This document shows positions 57,874 to 64,000 of a DNA stretch of 64,000 nt, one piece after another. The stretch spans positions 2,980 through 66,979 of the forward strand of contig PSQJ01000005.1 in assembly GCA_003045065.1 (NCBI GenBank). Direction: 5' to 3'. The notes beneath the pieces were generated by a model. It saw nothing but the letters and a program-made list of their open reading frames with translations. It searched no databases and was not told the origin of the DNA. The position numbers and the translations under genes are program-made. Position 1 is the first letter of the stretch. Each line of letters opens with the position of its first letter. The DNA is from Candidatus Liberibacter europaeus (GTDB lineage: Bacteria > Pseudomonadota > Alphaproteobacteria > Rhizobiales > Rhizobiaceae).

Positions 57874-60300
57874 ATGTCAAAAGAAAACAAGCATCGCAAT
57901 ATAAAGAAATCTTCCTATAAAATGCTGAGTATTCCTTCTGATGGAACAGATGTTGATTTTGACAAAATGCAACTTGAAGAGGAAAAAAGAACTATTGCAA
58001 ACACGATGCGTCAAATTCGCTCTGAAGCGGGAAAACATCGTAAAAATGTGGCAGTACGTGAACGTAAGGAGAAATTTTCGTCTAAATTACAAAAGATAAA
58101 GTCAAAAATGTCTGCTCAATCTAAAATGATATTCGATTCTAATGATAAAGTACTTTTTACATCCAACGGAATCAAAAAAAGGGATATTGCTGGAGATCAA
58201 ATGACTCCATCAGTGAAAAAGCTGACCCACTTAATACAATCAGAGAATCCTATTTTTAAAGAAGGAAAACTTTGGACGCCTCATCGTTCAATGTGTGTAG
58301 AAAAAAAATTACAAAAAACCACTGCTTTTCAAATACAAACAAATTATGAACCTTCTGGAGATCAGCCATCAGCTATTTCTAATCTAATAGAGGGAGTATG
58401 TTCAGAAAAAAAAACACAGCTTTTACTTGGTGTTACAGGATCGGGAAAGACTTTTACCATGGCAAAGGTAATTGAAAAAATTCAGAGACCAACTATCGTG
58501 ATGGCACCTAATAAAATTTTAGCTGCACAGCTTTATTCAGAATTTAAGAATTTTTTTCCAAATAACTCAGTTGAGTACTTCGTTTCTTATTATGATTATT
58601 ATCAACCAGAGGCTTATGTTCCTCGTACAGATACTTATATTGCAAAAGAATCATCTATTAATGAACAAATTGATCGTATGAGACACTCTGCAACTCGTTC
58701 TCTTTTAGAACGTAATGATTGTATTGTCGTTTCTTCAGTTTCTTGTATATATGGTATAGGATCCGTTGAAACATATTCCCAAATGACTTTACAAGTTAAC
58801 ATTGGAGATGAAATAGAACAAAAAGCATTGCTTTCATCTTTAGTCAAACAGCAATACAAAAGAGAGGAAATGGGAATTATAAGGGGATCTTTTCGGGTTT
58901 GCGGAGATTCAATCGAAGTTTTTCCTTCTCACCTTGAAAATACTGCATGGCGAATAAACATGTTTGGTAATGATGTGGAAACGATTACCGAATTTGATCC
59001 TATAACTGGAAAAAATATTAGAAATTTACAATCAATAAAAATATATGCTAATTCTCATTATGTCACTCCGAAACCAACCCTTGATGACGCTATAAAATGC
59101 ATTAAAAAAGAATTAAAATATCGTATTATTGAGTTAGAAAAAGAAGGAATGTTGATTGAAGCTCAAAGGCTTACACAACGTATAAATTACGACTTAGAAA
59201 TGCTAGAGACAACAGGATCTTGTCAATCTATTGAAAATTATTCATGCTATCTAACTGGTCGTAATCCCGGCGAACCTCCACCTACTCTTTTTGAATATAT
59301 TCCTGAAAATTCTCTATTGTTTGTTGACGAAAGCCATGTTACGATTCCCCAAATTAGGGGTATGTATAGAGGAGATTTTCGACGTAAGGCAACTTTAGCA
59401 GAATATGGTTTTCGCCTTCCTTCATGTATGAATAATCGCCCTTTGCGTTTTGAAGAATGGGATTGCATACGTCCAATCACTGTCTTAGTTTCAGCAACAC
59501 CTGGGCAGTGGGAATTAGAACAATGTAACGGACATTTGGTCGAACAAATTATTCGTCCCACAGGTATTATTGATCCTCCTGTAGAGGTTAGGCCTGCAAG
59601 AACACAAGTTGATGATGTTATTGATGAAATAAAACAAACAATTCATAATGGTTTTCGAGCTTTATTAACAGTGCTTACCAAACGCATGGCAGAAGATTTA
59701 ACCGAATATATGTACGAACGATCTATCCGTGTGCGCTATATGCATTCTGAAGTTAGTACTTTAGAACGTATTGAAATTATACGCGACCTACGTATTGGAA
59801 AATTTGATGTGCTCATAGGAATCAATCTAATGCGTGAAGGGCTTGATATTCCAGAGTGCGGACTTGTAGCAATTCTTGATGCCGACAAAGAAGGTTTTTT
59901 ACGATCAAAAACATCCTTGATACAAACTATTGGACGTGCAGCACGCAATATCGACAGTAAGGTTATTCTTTATGCTGATAATATTACTCAATCTATTCAA
60001 CTTTCAATTGATGAAACGACAAGAAGAAGAAAAATACAAGTAGAATACAATATAAAACATCACATAACTCCCAAATCAGTTAAAGAAAAAATACTGGAAG
60101 TAATAGATCCTATTCTGCAAGAAGATCAAAAACCCTATCAGCAAATAAATACAAAATATTTGCCTAAAAACAAAGAGGAATTGGATACAAATTTAAAATA
60201 TTTAAGAAAACAAATGCTCATCGCAGCTGATAATCTTAACTTTGAAGAAGCTGCACGAATACGTGATGTAATAAAAAAATTAAAAAACAATCTTCCCTAA
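57874..60300 (+). CDS. uvrB: Excinuclease ABC subunit B with a long basic N-terminal extension
   Basis: EPSGDQPSAI, GVTGSGKT, DESHVT, the beta-hairpin region and a C-terminal UVR domain (LNFEEAARIRD). The ATG at 57874 is preferred over the TTG at 57835. Confidence 0.95.
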   Translation: MSKENKHRNIKKSSYKMLSIPSDGTDVDFDKMQLEEEKRTIANTMRQIRSEAGKHRKNVAVRERKEKFSSKLQKIKSKMSAQSKMIFDSNDKVLFTSNGIKKRDIAGDQMTPSVKKLTHLIQSENPIFKEGKLWTPHRSMCVEKKLQKTTAFQIQTNYEPSGDQPSAISNLIEGVCSEKKTQLLLGVTGSGKTFTMAKVIEKIQRPTIVMAPNKILAAQLYSEFKNFFPNNSVEYFVSYYDYYQPEAYVPRTDTYIAKESSINEQIDRMRHSATRSLLERNDCIVVSSVSCIYGIGSVETYSQMTLQVNIGDEIEQKALLSSLVKQQYKREEMGIIRGSFRVCGDSIEVFPSHLENTAWRINMFGNDVETITEFDPITGKNIRNLQSIKIYANSHYVTPKPTLDDAIKCIKKELKYRIIELEKEGMLIEAQRLTQRINYDLEMLETTGSCQSIENYSCYLTGRNPGEPPPTLFEYIPENSLLFVDESHVTIPQIRGMYRGDFRRKATLAEYGFRLPSCMNNRPLRFEEWDCIRPITVLVSATPGQWELEQCNGHLVEQIIRPTGIIDPPVEVRPARTQVDDVIDEIKQTIHNGFRALLTVLTKRMAEDLTEYMYERSIRVRYMHSEVSTLERIEIIRDLRIGKFDVLIGINLMREGLDIPECGLVAILDADKEGFLRSKTSLIQTIGRAARNIDSKVILYADNITQSIQLSIDETTRRRKIQVEYNIKHHITPKSVKEKILEVIDPILQEDQKPYQQINTKYLPKNKEELDTNLKYLRKQMLIAADNLNFEEAARIRDVIKKLKNNLP

Positions 60301-61257
60301 ATTATTTTAAAGAAGAAAAATAACTTAACTATTATGCCATGTGGAAAAGATCGGAATAAGTTTCTGAAAAACTTGCTAAAAAGCAACGTTATAATCAAAA
60401 ATATAAAATAAATGGAGCTCAGCGTAATCCAAACTTGAAAATACTATAATTAGCATTACTATGTTGTTATAGTCAGCCTTAATTTTTTGAAAATGATGTG
60501 GGTGAGGTTTTTGTATTATAAAAATACAGAAATAGTAGATTAATTTTAGAATTGATGTTGTTTCGTGGATTGCACAGATTTGATATCATATGAATAGAAA
60601 AAACATGTTCTAGATAGCATCTTATCAAAATGAGCCCAAAAAACAGAAAAGGCTATTTTTTCCTCCCATATTGGATCTTTGCAAACATATTTTAATACAT
60701 TAGGAGTACATGGTGATGTTTTTTAAGAAACCGACCATAGAAATTATTTTTCTTCTATATTTTTCGGCAATTGGCTAATTGAGTCGCCCTCCCCCTTTTT
60801 ATAATCCATTAATCTATCATATACTAATGATAGACGTAGAGAAAATAAGATAAAATTTAGTCTCATATATTTTTTATATCCTTTTAAAATAAAGCCAATT
60901 GAACTAAGAGATCACCCTAGATACAATTTTAAATTGTTTTTATGGATTTGTTAATTTTTTGTCACTAATAAAAATATAGATTTTTTGCTATTTGATACGA
61001 TTAATAGAGTATTACATTAATAATCAATCAAAATTAAGCATCTAACTCAGAAAATATTAATTTAATTTTTCTCATATAAAAATATTTTTTACATATTGCA
61101 TGATATTATCATATATCATCTATACATGAAACATTTTCTTGTATAACAGTCTTCTAAATGTTGCGTAATTTTTACAATAATAAAGATATTTGCAGAATAT
61201 AAGTTGTAGTTATCTAATTAAAACTTTGTATTATCAATCTAGGCTAAGTAATCATTG

Positions 61258-63465
61258 ATGTCTAAATCATTTTCTACAATTGAACTGTTCACTATGCATG
61301 GTCTAACAAATAGCGAATATGATCAAGTTTTAAAAATCATCAAACGAAATCCAACTTTGACAGAAATTGGAATTATATCAGCAATGTGGAATGAACACTG
61401 CTCATATAAGTCTTCAAAAAAATGGTTGAAAACACTACCAACTACTGGAAAGAATATTATTCAAGGACCAGGAGAAAATGCTGGTGTTGTTGATATTGGA
61501 GATGGAGATTGTGTTGTTTTTAAAATGGAAAGCCATAATCATCCATCATATATTGAGCCATATCAAGGAGCTGCAACAGGTGTTGGGGGGATCTTAAGAG
61601 ATATTTTTACCATGGGTGCCCGTCCAGTCGCTGTTATGAACTCACTGCGTTTTGGATCTGTTGAACATCCTAATACCAAACGCTTAGTTTCAGGAGTTAT
61701 AGCAGGTGTTGCAAGTTATAGTAATTCTTTCGGAGTTCCTACGGTAGGAGGAGAAGTCGAATTTATTGATTGCTATAATGATAATATTATTGTCAATGTC
61801 TTTGCCGCAGGACTTGCCAAAACGAATGCTATTTTTTCTTCAAAAACAGAAGAAGTTGGACTCCCTATTGTATACTTAGGAGCTAAAACAGGGAGAGATG
61901 GTATCGGTGGTGCATCAATGGCATCAGAAGAATTTAATTCTAATGATTCAGAAAAACATCCTACTGTACAAGTAAGTGATCCATTCACAGGAAAATGTTT
62001 GCTAGAAGCTTGCTTGGAATTAATGAAAGTAGGAGCAGTTGTTGCAATTCAAGATATGGGTGCAGCAGGATTAACATGTTCAGCAGTAGAAATGGGAGCT
62101 CAAGGAAATCTTGGAATCAAACTAAATCTTGATTTAGTTCCAACATGTGAAGAAGGAATGTCAGCTTACGAAATGATGCTGTCAGAAAGTCAGGAGCGCA
62201 TGCTCATGATTCTCAAGCCTGACAAACAGAAGCAAGCTCACAATATTTTTCAAAAATGGGGTCTTCATTTTTCAATAATTGGAGTTACGACAGATGACAT
62301 GATGTTTAGAGTTATGCATCATGAAGAAGAAGTCGCAAATCTCCCGATTAAATCACTAAGCGATGGCGCTCCTGAATATGACAGAGCTTGGTGTGAACCG
62401 ATTCTTATTCCTCCATCTGATCCCGTACTATTTAATTCTCATGAAGACTATGCCTGCATACTCCTAAAACTGTTATCTTCACCTAATCTATCTTCTCGTA
62501 GGTGGGTATACGAACAGTACGATACTATCATCAAAAGCAATTCTATACAACTTCCAGGCGGCGATGCAGGTGTCATCAGAGTTGAGGGACACGATACTAA
62601 GGCGCTAGCTTTTTCGTCAGATGTAACGCCAAGATATGTCATGGCAGATCCTTTTGAGGGAAGTAAGCAGGCCGTTGCTGAATGCTGGCGCAACATTATA
62701 GCAACTGGAGCTATGCCATTGGCTATAACTGACAACCTTAACTTTGGAAATCCTGAAAAAGAAGATGTTATGGGACAATTTGTTTTTGCCATAAAAGGTA
62801 TTAGTGAAGCTTGTCAAATTTTAGACTTTCCTATCGTTTCGGGAAATGTGTCATTTTATAACGAAACAAATGGTCAACCTATTTTTCCAACACCTACAAT
62901 TGCTGGGGTTGGGATAATTCCGGATTGGTCATTAATGAAACGAATTGACAGCGCAAATGAAGGTGATCTTGTTTTTATGATCGGAAATGATGGATTACAT
63001 CTTGACTGCTCAATATATAGTCTTGAATGTACGTCTTTAGGTATAGGACCTCCTCCGAAAGTTGATTGTCATATTGAAAAACGTAATGGAGATTTTGTTC
63101 TTTCAATGATTAGAAATAATCAAGTTACAGCTTGTCATGACATTTCTACGGGAGGATTAATAATTTCTTTAGCTGAAATGGTCATATTTTCCGGAAAAGG
63201 TATGAATATTTTTTTATCTGATGATCAAGATCCCACTCCATTTCTTTTTGGGGAAGATCAAGGACGATACGTGGTTTGTATTTCTCCAGAGATGCGCGAT
63301 TCAATGATATATCAAGCTTCTAAAAATAATATTTGCATTCGTTATTTAGGATATGTATCAGGAGGTAATTTGTCTATTCAAAACATATTGAATATTCCTA
63401 TATCTATGTTACAAAAGCGGTACGAATCGTGGTTTCCCGAGCTTATGAATGATAAAAAGTTATAA
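61258..63465 (+). CDS. purL: Phosphoribosylformylglycinamidine synthase subunit PurL
   Basis: 735 aa with [20 protein letters not shown] and a duplicated PurM-like fold. Confidence 0.95.
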   Translation: MSKSFSTIELFTMHGLTNSEYDQVLKIIKRNPTLTEIGIISAMWNEHCSYKSSKKWLKTLPTTGKNIIQGPGENAGVVDIGDGDCVVFKMESHNHPSYIEPYQGAATGVGGILRDIFTMGARPVAVMNSLRFGSVEHPNTKRLVSGVIAGVASYSNSFGVPTVGGEVEFIDCYNDNIIVNVFAAGLAKTNAIFSSKTEEVGLPIVYLGAKTGRDGIGGASMASEEFNSNDSEKHPTVQVSDPFTGKCLLEACLELMKVGAVVAIQDMGAAGLTCSAVEMGAQGNLGIKLNLDLVPTCEEGMSAYEMMLSESQERMLMILKPDKQKQAHNIFQKWGLHFSIIGVTTDDMMFRVMHHEEEVANLPIKSLSDGAPEYDRAWCEPILIPPSDPVLFNSHEDYACILLKLLSSPNLSSRRWVYEQYDTIIKSNSIQLPGGDAGVIRVEGHDTKALAFSSDVTPRYVMADPFEGSKQAVAECWRNIIATGAMPLAITDNLNFGNPEKEDVMGQFVFAIKGISEACQILDFPIVSGNVSFYNETNGQPIFPTPTIAGVGIIPDWSLMKRIDSANEGDLVFMIGNDGLHLDCSIYSLECTSLGIGPPPKVDCHIEKRNGDFVLSMIRNNQVTACHDISTGGLIISLAEMVIFSGKGMNIFLSDDQDPTPFLFGEDQGRYVVCISPEMRDSMIYQASKNNICIRYLGYVSGGNLSIQNILNIPISMLQKRYESWFPELMNDKKL

Positions 63466-63492
63466 TAAATCAAACTTTTGGAGGTAAAATTT

Positions 63493-63744
63493 ATGTCGAT
63501 GGATCCACAAGAGATAGAAAAAATGATAAAGCAAGAAATACCTGGGTCAAATGTTACTATCTATGATTTAGCAGGAGATAATAATCATTACTCGGCAGAA
63601 ATTATTTCTGATAAGTTTCACGGAAAAACCCGTATACAACAACATCAAATGGTTTATGCAGCATTAAAAGGAAAGATGGGAAACACTCTACATGCTCTTT
63701 CCATCAAAACTTCAGTACCTAATAATCATAACTCAGATAAATAG
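63493..63744 (+). CDS. bolA: BolA family protein
   Basis: HYSAEIISDKFHGKTRIQQHQMVYAAL...HALSIKT. GGAGG lies 8 nt upstream of the ATG at 63493. Confidence 0.85.
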   Translation: MSMDPQEIEKMIKQEIPGSNVTIYDLAGDNNHYSAEIISDKFHGKTRIQQHQMVYAALKGKMGNTLHALSIKTSVPNNHNSDK

Positions 63745-63824
63745 ATAAATTATTCCATTTATGGTTTTGAATTCGGAATTTAATTTAATCCTATAATAAT
63801 ATAAGTGTGGGAGTATAATAAAAT

Positions 63825-64000
63825 ATGGATGACGTGATTAATTCTTATATTAAAGATGAAATTAAAAAAAATGAAGTTGTACTTTTCATGAAAGGAACTC
63901 CAGAATATCCGCAATGTGGATTTTCCGGAAGAGTTGTACAAATTCTTGAAAGTCTTAATGTATGCTATAAAGGTATAAATATTCTTATAGATGAAAATCT
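63825..64000 (+). CDS. grxD: Monothiol glutaredoxin Grx4 (3' end outside window)
   Basis: [24 protein letters not shown] (CGFS active site). Confidence 0.9.
   Translation, partial: MDDVINSYIKDEIKKNEVVLFMKGTPEYPQCGFSGRVVQILESLNVCYKGINILIDEN

Noticed and set aside
60301-61254. 950-bp gap between uvrB and purL as a hidden gene or ncRNA
   Set aside because: I found only short hairpins (for example CTATCAT-atacta-ATGATAG at about 60813) and no coherent reading frame or known RNA motif, so there is not enough evidence.

Overview
AT-rich alphaproteobacterial chromosome, Rhizobiales-like by inference from purL-bolA-grxD synteny, an IalB-like protein, a TadG/vWA protein and efp-epmA-epmB; it resembles reduced Liberibacter/Bartonella-type genomes. 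Core genes: era (partial), phrB, a GGDEF cyclase, pgm, a TadG-like vWA protein, dusA, an orphan SgaT/UlaA PTS-EIIC, fumC, rlmN, an IalB-like protein, thiamine pyrophosphokinase, an ABC-F ATPase, efp/epmA/epmB, uvrD, a TSUP permease, a hotdog thioesterase, uvrB, purL, bolA and grxD (partial). There are three accessory regions. (1) About 12.5-14.0 kb holds the remnant of a small rolling-circle (Microviridae/phiX gpA-type) Rep element: a nonsense-riddled Rep, three stacked hairpins and two small ORFs. (2) About 16.5-42.8 kb holds a podovirus-like (T7/BPP-1/epsilon15-type gene order) prophage. Its roughly 18-kb packaging/head/tail/ejection block is intact and translationally coupled. It has no integrase and no replication genes. 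Its endolysin is reduced to a 38-codon stub and its Bro-N antirepressor is frameshifted. A 1.15-kb structured non-coding region (iteron-like TTCTGA motifs, two identical 72-bp repeats) sits where a replication module is expected. (3) About 50.7-53.8 kb holds a second, heavily decayed copy of the phage lysis/lipoprotein end, an integrase 3' fragment and an OmpA-like pseudogene. No rRNA, tRNA or CRISPR array was recognised. The best candidates for something undescribed are the selectively preserved, possibly domesticated particle gene set with its non-coding repeat region, the membrane protein downstream of the repressor, and the right-arm moron genes. All functional calls rest on motif recognition by eye, not on database searches.
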